Source of the DNA: a bacterium
GTDB lineage: Bacteria > UBA8248
NCBI GenBank assembly: GCA_965219955.1
Contig: OZ244799.1
Location: 1,184,001 to 1,248,000, forward strand
DNA: 64,000 bases
Reading direction: 5' to 3'
Shown here piece by piece: positions 28,592 to 37,972 of the stretch; positions within the stretch are counted from its first letter, which is position 1; each line of letters begins with the position of its first letter. A program made the translations under genes and the position numbers. The notes under the pieces are model-generated. The model was not told where the DNA came from. It was given only the letters and a program-made list of their open reading frames with translations, and did not search any database.

Positions 28592-29542
28592 TCAGGCGTC
28601 GGGCGCGAGTTGCGCCGTCGCCACCATGCTGTCGAGACCGTCACTCTCCACGCGCTTGATGTCGTCCTGGTATTTCAGGATGCAGCCGATGGTCTCCCGA
28701 ACGGCGTCGGCGTCGAGTTCATTGCGGTGCAGTGCTAGAAGCGCTTGCGCCCAGTCAAGGGATTCTGCCACGCCGGGGCGCTTGTAGAAATCCATCTGTC
28801 TCGCCTGGGTCATGAAGCGTGAAATTTGCTCCGCCAGACGATCGCTGACACCGGGCACCTTCGTGGTGATGATCTCGACTTCCTTCTCGAAGGAGGGATA
28901 GTCGACCCAAAGATACAGGCAGCGGCGCTTGAGAGCGTCGTGGATCTCGCGGGTCCGGTTGCTGGTGAGCACCACCAGGGGTTTGCTGACCGCCTGAACG
29001 GTCCCCATCTCCGGTATCGTAATCTGGTAGTCGGAGAGAATTTCCAGCAGGAAGGCCTCGAACTCCTCGTCCGAACGGTCGATTTCATCAATGAGCAGAA
29101 CCACAGGCTTTTCTTTCGAGCGCAAAAGCGCGCGGAGAAGGGGCCGTTCTATCAGGTATTGCTCGCTGAAAATGTCTTTCTCGATCTGCTTTGCGTCCGA
29201 ATCCTTGCCTTCTTCCATCTTGATGTGGAGGAGTTGCTTCGCGTAGTTCCACTCGTAGAGAGCCGAGTTCGCGTCGAGACCCTCGTAGCATTGCAGGCGG
29301 ATGAGCTCGGTATCCATCGCGCTGGCGAGCACTTTTGCGAGTTCCGTTTTGCCGACCCCGGCTTCTCCTTCGAGGAAAAGGGGTTTTTCCAGCTTCGTAG
29401 CCAGGAAGAGGGTGGTCGCCAGCGTTCTGTCGGAGATATAGTCGAGTTTTCTGAACGAGTCCTGAACGTCTTCGACGTCCGTGAATCCCTGTCCAGAACC
29501 CTTTTTCTTTTTGGTCGAGTTGGATGAGGCAGTCACGCTCAT
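28592..29542 (-). CDS. coxD: CoxD-like MoxR AAA+ ATPase
   Basis: GEAGVGKT, RLQCYEGLD, LIDEIDR, TSNRTRE, ALKRRC. Confidence 0.88.
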   Translation of the reverse strand: MSVTASSNSTKKKKGSGQGFTDVEDVQDSFRKLDYISDRTLATTLFLATKLEKPLFLEGEAGVGKTELAKVLASAMDTELIRLQCYEGLDANSALYEWNYAKQLLHIKMEEGKDSDAKQIEKDIFSEQYLIERPLLRALLRSKEKPVVLLIDEIDRSDEEFEAFLLEILSDYQITIPEMGTVQAVSKPLVVLTSNRTREIHDALKRRCLYLWVDYPSFEKEVEIITTKVPGVSDRLAEQISRFMTQARQMDFYKRPGVAESLDWAQALLALHRNELDADAVRETIGCILKYQDDIKRVESDGLDSMVATAQLAPDA

Positions 29543-30087
29543 TTACCTTTTCCTTTCTTCGAGGAAAGTTCTTCAGCCGCGGCCTCGATAGCGTCGATGA
29601 TCTTCACATAGCCGGTGCATCGGCAAAGATTGCCCGCGATGCCGGCCTTGATCTCATGTCGGCTGGGATTCGGGGTGAGGTCGAGCAACTCCTTCGCGGC
29701 GACAATCATTCCCGGCGTGCAGAAACCACACTGAATGGCGCCGTGCTCGATGAACTTCTGCTGTATCGGGTGGAGGTTGTCCACCGTCCCGATGCCCTTC
29801 ACGGTGGTGATCTCGCGGCCTTCCGCCTGGACGCCGAGCGCGCAGCAGGCGTTCATCGCCAGACCATCCAGAAGAATCGTGCACGCACCGCAGTCGCCCG
29901 CCTCGCAGCCGTTTTTCACCTCGGTGAAGCCCAGGTCGCGCAGCAGATACAGCAGAGTGGTGTGCGCGGGCGCTTCGGTGTTGACTTCCTGGCCGTTCAC
30001 CGAGAACGAAATGGGCAGCTTCTTGGGAGGCACGTATGCGGGTGCGCTCGATTTTCCGGTTCGCTTCGATTTGCTCGTTGTAGCCAT
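29539..30087 (-). CDS. coxS: (2Fe-2S) small subunit of xanthine/CO dehydrogenase family
   Basis: GCEAGDCGACT, QCGFCTPG, GNLCRCTGY. Confidence 0.9.
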   Translation of the reverse strand: MATTSKSKRTGKSSAPAYVPPKKLPISFSVNGQEVNTEAPAHTTLLYLLRDLGFTEVKNGCEAGDCGACTILLDGLAMNACCALGVQAEGREITTVKGIGTVDNLHPIQQKFIEHGAIQCGFCTPGMIVAAKELLDLTPNPSRHEIKAGIAGNLCRCTGYVKIIDAIEAAAEELSSKKGKGK

Positions 30088-30131
30088 CTTCAAGGATTCT
30101 CCAATGAAATACGCAAGAGACGATGAAGTCT

Positions 30132-30998
30132 TTAGTCGTTGTCCTGTGAAATATCCAGCGCCTGGCAGATAAGGCGACGGGGCAGAACCTCGCACATCAG
30201 CTTGCGGTATTCCGCCGATGCGCGAATGTCGTCGATTGGCGCCGCCACGGCGGCGCAGGCCTCAGCGGCCTTCTGGGCCAGTTCGAGGTCCACCACGTTG
30301 CCTTCGAGAATTTTCTCCGCTTCATAACAGCGGATCGGGGCCGCCGTAACGGAACCCAGCGAAATGCCCGCTTCCACCACCTTATTGCGCCTCACCTTCA
30401 GCACGACCGCCACACCCACCACGGTGATGGCCATCGCGTTTCTGCGGGCGAGTTTGTAATAGCCCCACTTGTGGCTTCTGCCGGGGGAGGGGAAGGTCAC
30501 GGCGGTGATCAGCTCATTCGACCGGATGGCCGTCTGGCGGTAGCCGGTAAGGAATTTGTCCAGGTCGACAGTTCTTCTGCCCTTTTCGCTCGCGAGCCTC
30601 ACCTTCGCCTTGAGGGCGAGCAGGGGTGGAACGGCGTCGGCCGCAGGCCCTCCGTCGATGATGTTGCCGGCCACCGTGGCGCGGTTGCGGATGATCGGCC
30701 CTGCGAATTTCTCCGACATCGCCGCCAGAATGGGCGCTTCCCTGAGGATGGTCTTGTTGGTCAGAAAATCCGTCATCGTCGTGAGGGCGCCCATTTTCAC
30801 CACGCCCTTGGACGAGGATATCCCCTGCAGTCCGGAGATCCTCATCAGGTCGATGACGACTTTGGCTGGCCCATCGTGCTGGTGTCTCAGGTCGGGCAGG
30901 AAATTGGTGCCACCGGCAATAAATTTTGTGCTTCTGCCTTTTGCCGCTTTTAAGGCCGCCGATATGCTTGTCGGCGCAACGAAATCAAAACCACGCAT
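30132..30998 (-). CDS. coxM: FAD-binding medium subunit of xanthine/CO dehydrogenase family
   Basis: IAGGTN, IRNRATVAGN, DDIRASAEYR. Confidence 0.9.
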   Translation of the reverse strand: MRGFDFVAPTSISAALKAAKGRSTKFIAGGTNFLPDLRHQHDGPAKVVIDLMRISGLQGISSSKGVVKMGALTTMTDFLTNKTILREAPILAAMSEKFAGPIIRNRATVAGNIIDGGPAADAVPPLLALKAKVRLASEKGRRTVDLDKFLTGYRQTAIRSNELITAVTFPSPGRSHKWGYYKLARRNAMAITVVGVAVVLKVRRNKVVEAGISLGSVTAAPIRCYEAEKILEGNVVDLELAQKAAEACAAVAAPIDDIRASAEYRKLMCEVLPRRLICQALDISQDND

Positions 30999-31297
30999 AG
31001 ACGGAAATTCTCCTCAATCTTCTGAATTAAAATATAGCAACGCCTGTCATGAAAACTGAAAACGATGCCGGATCATACCCGACGGAAGGGGACAAGGAAA
31101 ACGCCGGGAGTGACGTAGCCGGCCAGCGTCCCCCGGAGAACTGGCCGAACAAGTAGCTCTCACTCTCATACGGGCGGAGCCTACCCTACCAACTGCCCCG
31201 CTTTCCCGTCAAGCGAAACAGCCCTTGCGGGCCAATTTGCGCAAAGCGTAAGATTCGCTGTAAAAGTAGCATTTTTCAACAGTTGAAGGTAGTCCGC

Positions 31298-32710
31298 ATG
31301 AACGAGACAGGCGAAGCCATGAAGAGCGCAAGCGCGAAACCCGTACGGCTCGCCCTGGCGAATCTGGGGTGCAAGCTCAATCACGCGGAGGGCGAAGCCA
31401 TGAAGCACCTCTCCGCCGGGGCAGGTTTCGAACTCGTTCCGTTTGGTGAGGAAGCGGACGTCTACGTCGTCAACAGTTGCACGGTCACGGCCGAAGCCGA
31501 CCGTGAGGGCAGGCGTCTGGCGCGGCGGGCACGGCGGATTGGCGGCCCGGACGCCCGGGTCGTCATCGCGGGATGTTCCGCGCAGGCGAACACGGAGAGG
31601 ATGCTGATCCCCGAAGCCGATCTCCTGCTCGGCAACAGGGAAAAGCTGAGGCTCCCCGATGAGCTTGCCAAGCCCCGGCTGAGAGATGAAATGCCCGAAG
31701 TGCGGGTTTCTCCCATCGAGGAAAGTCCTGAAATCGAGAGCGTCGTCCTGCCCCAGTTCGGCAGCCGGACGCGGGCTTACCTCAAGGTGCAGGACGGTTG
31801 CAACTTTTCCTGTTCTTTCTGTGCGACGACCATCGCGCGCGGAGCGAGCCGCTCGCTGGATGTGGATTCATGCGTGGAGCACGCCGACACCCTCCTCTCG
31901 GGCGGACACGAGGAGCTGGTGCTCACGGGAATCCACCTCGGCGCATACGGCAGGGACAAGAAGCCGCGCAGCACCCTGAGCCGTCTGGTGAGCCGGTTGC
32001 TCGAAATAGAGAGAAATTTCCGCCTCAGGCTCTCCTCCGTGGAGCCGGGGGAATTCACGCGCGAGCTCATCCGCGTCGTCGCCGGCGAGGCGTACGGTGC
32101 GGGTTCATCGAACGGGGGAAGCTACGTCTGCCGCCATTTCCACATACCCGTCCAGAGCGGGGACGATGAAACGCTCGCGGCGATGAACCGCAATTACACC
32201 GCCGCGCGCTGCGCGAGCCGGTTCGATGAAATCGCGAAGAAAATAGACGGGGCGTGCCTCGGTGGAGATTTCATCGTCGGTTTTCCCGGCGAGAGCAGAG
32301 AGGCGTTCGAACGGACCCTGGAATGGGTGCGGGAATCTCCTCTGGCGTATCTGCACGTTTTCCCCTATTCGCCGCGTGAGGGCACGGCGGCCATCGAATT
32401 GTCCGGGCAAGTTTCAAAGACCGAGCAAAAGGCCCGCGCGCGCTCTCTCCAGGAATTGGGATGCAGGAAATGGACGGCGTTCGTCTCCTCACAAACGGGG
32501 AGGGAAACGGACGTGTTGTTCGAGAGCCGCCGCACGGAAGACGGCTTTCTCACGGGCTTGTCGGACAACTACATCCGCGTGTTGGCGTCCGGGCCTGACG
32601 AGTGGATAGGCCGAACGGTTCGGATGCGACTCGCGCCCTTGCCCGAGAAGAATGGATTTGCCCGCATCGCCGCAAGGTTGGATGCCTTATGGGGGGAGTT
32701 TACGCCATGA
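31298..32710 (+). CDS. mtaB: tRNA t6A37 methylthiotransferase
   Basis: LGCKLN, VNSCTVT, KVQDGCNFSCSFC, LTGIHLG, IVGFPGE, HVFPYSPREGT; start could be 31319. Confidence 0.9.
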   Translation: MNETGEAMKSASAKPVRLALANLGCKLNHAEGEAMKHLSAGAGFELVPFGEEADVYVVNSCTVTAEADREGRRLARRARRIGGPDARVVIAGCSAQANTERMLIPEADLLLGNREKLRLPDELAKPRLRDEMPEVRVSPIEESPEIESVVLPQFGSRTRAYLKVQDGCNFSCSFCATTIARGASRSLDVDSCVEHADTLLSGGHEELVLTGIHLGAYGRDKKPRSTLSRLVSRLLEIERNFRLRLSSVEPGEFTRELIRVVAGEAYGAGSSNGGSYVCRHFHIPVQSGDDETLAAMNRNYTAARCASRFDEIAKKIDGACLGGDFIVGFPGESREAFERTLEWVRESPLAYLHVFPYSPREGTAAIELSGQVSKTEQKARARSLQELGCRKWTAFVSSQTGRETDVLFESRRTEDGFLTGLSDNYIRVLASGPDEWIGRTVRMRLAPLPEKNGFARIAARLDALWGEFTP

Positions 32711-33594
32711 CGGACGGTCAATCGCGCCCGAATCCTTTTCACGAGGGCGCGCCCGATTTCGAAGAGGAAAGCGACGCGCAGCCTATCGTCACGCTCCTCA
32801 CGGATTTCGGCAGCGATGAGCACTACGTCGGAGTGATGAAGGGCGTCGTGATGGCGGTAAACCCGGTGGCCCGCATCGTCGATATTTCGCATTCCGTTAA
32901 GCCATATGACGTTAAGGCCGCGTCGTTGATCCTGGGTTCCTCGTCGCATTATTTTCCGCGCGGGACGATTCACGTGGCGGTCGTGGACCCGGGCGTGGGC
33001 AGCAGCCGCAGGGGAGTCATCGCGGCCACGGAAAACTATTATTTCGTGGGGCCGGACAACGGCCTGTTCTCCTGCGTGTATGACGACCCGCTCTACATGT
33101 GGACGAGAGAACTCGAGGAAGATGCGTTTTTCCTGAACGAGGTGAGTTCCACTTTCCACGGCAGGGACATCTTCGCCCCCGTTGCGGGACATCTCTCCTG
33201 CGGGGTTCCGCCTGAGGATTTCGGCTCCATCATCACCGACCCGGTGCATTTCGATTTCCCGGCGGTGGAATTCGAGGACGCCGACACCATCTCCGGCGAG
33301 GTCATCTACGTCGATCATTACGGGAACCTGGTAACGAACATCGACACCACGACTTTCTGGCGTTTCGAATACGGGGAAGACGACGACGCGCACCTGCCGA
33401 TCATCGAAATCGGCGGTCACGTGATCAGCGGGGTGAGCGAATACTACCAGGCGGTGAAGGCGGGCGACCTCGGGGCGCAGTTCAACAGCTGGACGCGGCT
33501 GGAGATTTTCGTGCCCGAGGGAAACGCCGCACAGTTCCTGGAAGCGGGGGTCGGCGAGAAGGTGAAGGTGCATATGCGGCACATGAGACTGTAG
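32707..33594 (+). CDS. SAM hydroxide adenosyltransferase (DUF62 family)
   Basis: LLTDFG, VVDPGVGSSR, TFHGRDIFAP, YVDHYGNLVTN. Confidence 0.9.
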   Translation: MTDGQSRPNPFHEGAPDFEEESDAQPIVTLLTDFGSDEHYVGVMKGVVMAVNPVARIVDISHSVKPYDVKAASLILGSSSHYFPRGTIHVAVVDPGVGSSRRGVIAATENYYFVGPDNGLFSCVYDDPLYMWTRELEEDAFFLNEVSSTFHGRDIFAPVAGHLSCGVPPEDFGSIITDPVHFDFPAVEFEDADTISGEVIYVDHYGNLVTNIDTTTFWRFEYGEDDDAHLPIIEIGGHVISGVSEYYQAVKAGDLGAQFNSWTRLEIFVPEGNAAQFLEAGVGEKVKVHMRHMRL

Positions 33595-33650
33595 TCACGG
33601 TTTATCAACCGGCTCCGGCGCCATTCGCCCGGAGCCAGAGGAGAGAGATA

Positions 33651-34307
33651 ATGGATAACGCCCCTGTGCGGTTCACGGTGTACAGCGATTTCTTGTGACC
33701 CTGGTGCTTTAACTCGGCCGTGCGCCTGAAGAAGGTAAAAGAGGAATATGGCGACAAAGTAGATATTCAGTACCGGGTTTTCATGCTGAGACCCGAGCCG
33801 GACCCCACGGCGGTCTTTAACGATTACCGCAGAAACCACTGGACGAACGCGAACTCACAACCCGATTCCGGCGATTTCACCCTGTGGGAGAGCGAGGAGG
33901 AGTTTCCGAACTGCTCGATGCCGTCTGCGGAAGCGGGGTTGGCCGCGAGATTCCAGGGGCCCGGGGAGTGGGAGAAATTCCACGACAACCTTCTGGCCGC
34001 CTTCTTCACGGAGAACCGCAACATCTCGGACCCCGAGGTGGTGAGCGACGTGGCCGAGGAGAGCGGCCTGGACATGGACAGATACCGCGACGCTCTCGAA
34101 AGCGGGGGCTTGAGGGAAAAGGCCGTCAAGGAATACATGGAGGCCACGAATCTGGGCATCACGGGTATTCCCTCCGTCGTCGTGAACGATCGCGCCGTCA
34201 TGGTCGGCGCGGTGCCTGCGGAACAGTACCGATACGTTATCGACAGCATCCTCGAAACCGGCGATTTGCCCGGCCGCCCGCCCGGCGAGCTGCCCGTCGC
34301 GGACTGA
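33651..34307 (+). CDS. DsbA/FrnE-like thioredoxin-fold oxidoreductase, probable selenoprotein (Sec at codon 16)
   Basis: ATG after GAGGAG; reads MDNAPVRFTVYSDFL(TGA)PWCFNSAVRLKK in frame with ORF 33720-34307; cis-Pro loop GITGIP and GAVP. Confidence 0.85.
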
Positions 34308-34349
34308 TAAGGGGTCCCTGGATGCGCGAGGAAACGAGGAGTTTCTCTT

Positions 34350-35342
34350 CTGAATCTCTCTGACCTCAAGGGCTGTATAACCGACGTTCCGGGTTTTTAT
34401 CTCGGCCACGCGCAGGATGATGAGGCGAGAACGGGCGTCTCCGTGGTGCTTTGTCCTCCCGGAACCGTCGGAGCTTGCGAGTTGCGCGGCACGGCGACGG
34501 CCACGCGCGGCATGGATGCGCTGCGCGCCGAGCACCTCGTCGGAGGCGTGGACGCCATCGTTCTGACGGGAGGGAGCGCATTCGGGCTCGCCTCGGCAGA
34601 CGGCGTCATGGCTTTCCTGGAAGAACGGGGCAGGGGATTTCCCACCGGACGCTTCAACGTGCCCACGGTCGCCGCCGGCGTGCTGTTCGACCTCCATTTC
34701 GGAGACGGCCGGGTTCGCCCTGACGCCGCGATGGGGTGCGCCGCGTGCGATGCCGCCTCGAACGAAGAAGGCCCCCAGGGGAGCGTGGGAGCGGGCATGG
34801 GCGCCACGATCGGAAAACTCTTCGGCCAGGAGCGCGCCATGAAAGGCGGCTTCGGCACGGCGAGCATGAAGCTGCCGGGGGGCGGCGTCGTGGGCGCTGT
34901 CGCCGCGGTGAACGCCTTTGGCGGGGTATATGAACCCGGGACCGGGAAACCCGTCGCAGGGCCCAGAGCGATGCCCCCCGAGAAGGGCATCGTGGATACG
35001 GAAGAGCACCTGAGAATCCACGGAAGGCCTTTCGAGGGATTCTCCAACACTTCAGAGAACACGACGCTGGTCGCCGTGGCGACGAACGCCCGGCTCACGA
35101 AAACAGAAACCCACAAACTCGCCCAACTGGCGACGAACGGACTCATCCGCACCGTGCGCCCCTCCTATACCACGGTGGATGGGGATATGGTTTTCGCTTT
35201 ATCCCACGGGGAGCGCGAGGCGGCCCTTGACGTCGTCGGGGCGGCGGCGACCGAAGCCGTGGGCCATGCGATTTGCCGCGCCGTGATGGAGGCCGACGGG
35301 GGAGGCATCGTTCCCGCCTGGCGAGACCTGCCCGCTTCGTAA
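34350..35342 (+). CDS. P1/DmpA (peptidase S58) family protein
   Basis: ITDVPG..GHA..TG.SVVL N-terminus lies upstream of ORF-track start 34443; LTGGSAFGL, GSVGAGMGA, ENTTL, DGDMVFALS; proposed CTG start. Confidence 0.85.
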   Translation: MNLSDLKGCITDVPGFYLGHAQDDEARTGVSVVLCPPGTVGACELRGTATATRGMDALRAEHLVGGVDAIVLTGGSAFGLASADGVMAFLEERGRGFPTGRFNVPTVAAGVLFDLHFGDGRVRPDAAMGCAACDAASNEEGPQGSVGAGMGATIGKLFGQERAMKGGFGTASMKLPGGGVVGAVAAVNAFGGVYEPGTGKPVAGPRAMPPEKGIVDTEEHLRIHGRPFEGFSNTSENTTLVAVATNARLTKTETHKLAQLATNGLIRTVRPSYTTVDGDMVFALSHGEREAALDVVGAAATEAVGHAICRAVMEADGGGIVPAWRDLPAS

Positions 35343-36571
35343 TGACCTCTCATGCGGAAAAGCCGTCCTGGAGACTCGGCGATTATTTCGATCTGAGCGT
35401 CATCGGCCTGACCCACGGGCTGAGCGACGGGTTCTCCAACATGCTCGTTCCCGTTCTCGCGCTCATCGTCATGGATCTCGACCTCTCACCCTTCGAAGTG
35501 GGGGCTTTGCTCAGCGCTTTCAGTCTGGGGCAGATGATCTTCCAATACCCGCTCTCCATACTGGCGGATAATACGGGTAGAAGAAAGCTGATGCTCCTGG
35601 TGGGCATGGGCCTCTCCGCCGCGTCTTTCATCGCGATGATGTGGGTGAGCCGTTTCTTGCCGATGTGCGTCCTGGCGTTTCTGGCGGGCGCGGGAAATTC
35701 CGTCTACCACCCTTGTGGAACCGCGCTGGCGGCGAATCGCTTCGAGCGCGACCGCGCATTCGCCATTTCCTGGCACAGCCTGGGCGGCAACCTCGGAACC
35801 AGCATCCTCCCGCTGGCCCAGGCGGCCGTGGCCGCGGCGGCCGGCTGGCGCGCGGCGGTCGGCGCCTGCGCGGCGCCCGCCATTGCGCTCCTCCCCCTGG
35901 TGAACGCGCGGTTTGTCGAGGGAAAGAGCGAGAGCGAACGTGAGGCGGGGAAAGCGGCGGAACTGAAAGTTTTCTCCATCGTAAAGCGGGTCGTGGAGAA
36001 CAGGAACACGGTGTGGCTGGCGGCGACCTACACGTTGCGCGGCATGTGCACCAAGGGAATGATTGGTTTTCTCCCCCTGCTGGCGACCTCGAAGCTGGGG
36101 ATGACCACTGCGCAAATCGGCGTGGCCGTATCGCTCCATTTCGGTTTCGGCATGTTGGCCAAACCGCTGATGGGCATCCTGTATAACCGCTGGGGGGCGC
36201 GGGCCGCTCTGTTCTGGCCCATGACGCTGCTGGGGGTCTTCGTTCTCGCCCTGCCGTTCATGGGGTGGCGAACGGGTTTTTATATCCTGTCCGCATTGAC
36301 GGGCGTCGTCGGGTTCGTGAGCCCGATTATCCTCACCGCGGCGGCGGATTTCTCGGAAAAGGACATTCTGGCTTCATCCGTCGGCTTTATCTATACCTGC
36401 CACGGCTTGAGTTTCCTTGCTCCCCTGCTGGGGGGATGGCTCGCCGGGCAGGTGAATCTGGATGCGAGCTATTTCTGTTTTGCGATCATGAGCTGGCTGG
36501 CCGTTTCGACATCGATGCAATTAAGAGGCAAAAAGCAGATATCCGATAACCCGGGGAGGGAGGAGACATGA
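35342..36571 (+). CDS. MFS transporter
   Basis: About 12 TMs, LADNTGRR motif A, GNSVYHP. Confidence 0.88.
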   Translation: MTSHAEKPSWRLGDYFDLSVIGLTHGLSDGFSNMLVPVLALIVMDLDLSPFEVGALLSAFSLGQMIFQYPLSILADNTGRRKLMLLVGMGLSAASFIAMMWVSRFLPMCVLAFLAGAGNSVYHPCGTALAANRFERDRAFAISWHSLGGNLGTSILPLAQAAVAAAAGWRAAVGACAAPAIALLPLVNARFVEGKSESEREAGKAAELKVFSIVKRVVENRNTVWLAATYTLRGMCTKGMIGFLPLLATSKLGMTTAQIGVAVSLHFGFGMLAKPLMGILYNRWGARAALFWPMTLLGVFVLALPFMGWRTGFYILSALTGVVGFVSPIILTAAADFSEKDILASSVGFIYTCHGLSFLAPLLGGWLAGQVNLDASYFCFAIMSWLAVSTSMQLRGKKQISDNPGREET

Positions 36572-36960
36572 CGCGAGAGTATTTCAAGGGAACCTGGCAG
36601 CAGGATCGCTCGTTTTCGCCTGCGGTGAAGACGAAGGGCGGCGAGCACGTCTGGCTGGCCGGCGTGGGGGCGTGGCGCGACGAGCGGGGGAACGTGCTGG
36701 CGGGGGATTTCGACGCGCAGGTGCACGCCACTTTCCGCCAGATAGAACGCACGCTGGAACGGGCGGGCGGTAAGCTGCAGGACATCGTGACGATGACGGT
36801 GTTCATTCTCGACGGGGCGAACGGGGACAGGTTCGTCGAACTCAGAAAGCAGTATTTTCCGGACGGATATCCCGGCAGCGCGTTGATCACGACGGCCGGC
36901 TTCGCAAAGGCTGAGATGATGGTCGAGATACAGGCCATCGCCGTCATCGGCGAGGAATAG
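36568..36960 (+). CDS. RidA/YjgF-family protein
   Basis: FSPAV, LAG, FDAQ, VEIQAIAV. Confidence 0.85.
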   Translation: MTREYFKGTWQQDRSFSPAVKTKGGEHVWLAGVGAWRDERGNVLAGDFDAQVHATFRQIERTLERAGGKLQDIVTMTVFILDGANGDRFVELRKQYFPDGYPGSALITTAGFAKAEMMVEIQAIAVIGEE

Positions 36961-37162
36961 GGAAGGGGGGCGCGAAACCCCATATTTGCCGCTTCATCTA
37001 AAGGGTGCTAATCTCGCGAAACCATTGAAACGCTTCTGGATGGTGAGCGGGCGTCGCGTTATTCATGATACGTCTGACCCGTGGCCCTCATTCGCGCGGC
37101 GAATCGTCCGCCATCCGAACGAAGCGTATGCAGCCGCTTTCTCGACGGGAATCTTTGTATCC

Positions 37163-37972
37163 ATGTCCTCATCCGACAACGGCACGAATCCGACTTTGCG
37201 CCTCCAGGGCGTCGGGAAATGGTTCGGCTCCCTGCACGTGCTCGACGACATCGACATCGACGTGAAGACGCAGGAGATTCTGACCGTCCTCGGCCCCAGC
37301 GGGTGCGGGAAGACGACGCTTCTTCGCATCGTGAACGGACTCATTCTCTGCGAGAGGGGCGAGGTTTCCTTCAAGGGCGAGGCGGTGGACGGCCCGAGGC
37401 CCGAGATGGCCATGGTGTTCCAGAATTTCGGGCTCTTCCCCTGGAAGCGCCTGGATCAGAACATCGGCTACGCGCTCAGGATACAGGGCAGGGACAAGAA
37501 CGAAATCGACCGCCTGGTGAGCCATTACACGGAACTTGTGGGCCTGGGCGGTTTCGAGGCGAACTACCCCTCTCAGCTTTCGGGCGGGATGCAGCAACGA
37601 GCGGGCCTGGCGCGTGCGCTCGCCGCCCAGCCCGACGTTTTGTTGATGGATGAGCCCTTCGGCGCTCTCGATGCGCTGACGCGTGAAACCCTGCAGGAGG
37701 AGTTGCTGCGCATCAACGAGGCGGAGCCCAAGGCGATGATCTTCATCACCCACAGCATCGACGAGGCGCTCCTCCTCGGCGACCGCGTTCTGGTGATGAC
37801 GCCCAGGCCGGGCAGGATACGCTTTCAGTTCGAAACCGGCTTCGGACGGGGCAGGGACCTGGAAAAAATTCGGGGCGGCAAGCGCTTCCAGGCGCTGCGC
37901 CATTATCTCTGGGAAGCCATGCGCAATCCGGAGGAAGAGCCGGAACCCATCCCCGATCTCGTTATTGAATAG
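37163..37972 (+). CDS. ABC transporter ATP-binding protein (NitT/TauT family)
   Basis: GPSGCGKT, LSGGMQQR, LLMDEPFGALD, ITHSIDEA. Confidence 0.92.
   Translation: MSSSDNGTNPTLRLQGVGKWFGSLHVLDDIDIDVKTQEILTVLGPSGCGKTTLLRIVNGLILCERGEVSFKGEAVDGPRPEMAMVFQNFGLFPWKRLDQNIGYALRIQGRDKNEIDRLVSHYTELVGLGGFEANYPSQLSGGMQQRAGLARALAAQPDVLLMDEPFGALDALTRETLQEELLRINEAEPKAMIFITHSIDEALLLGDRVLVMTPRPGRIRFQFETGFGRGRDLEKIRGGKRFQALRHYLWEAMRNPEEEPEPIPDLVIE

Noticed and set aside
27314-30998. Aerobic CO dehydrogenase
   Set aside because: There is no large subunit, so the diagnostic AYXCSFR motif cannot be assessed; cox symbols are family labels only.
32707-33594. Fluorinase/chlorinase
   Set aside because: It retains the DUF62 hydrolase residues (VVDPGVG, R, FHGRD), so SAM hydroxide adenosyltransferase is the better call.
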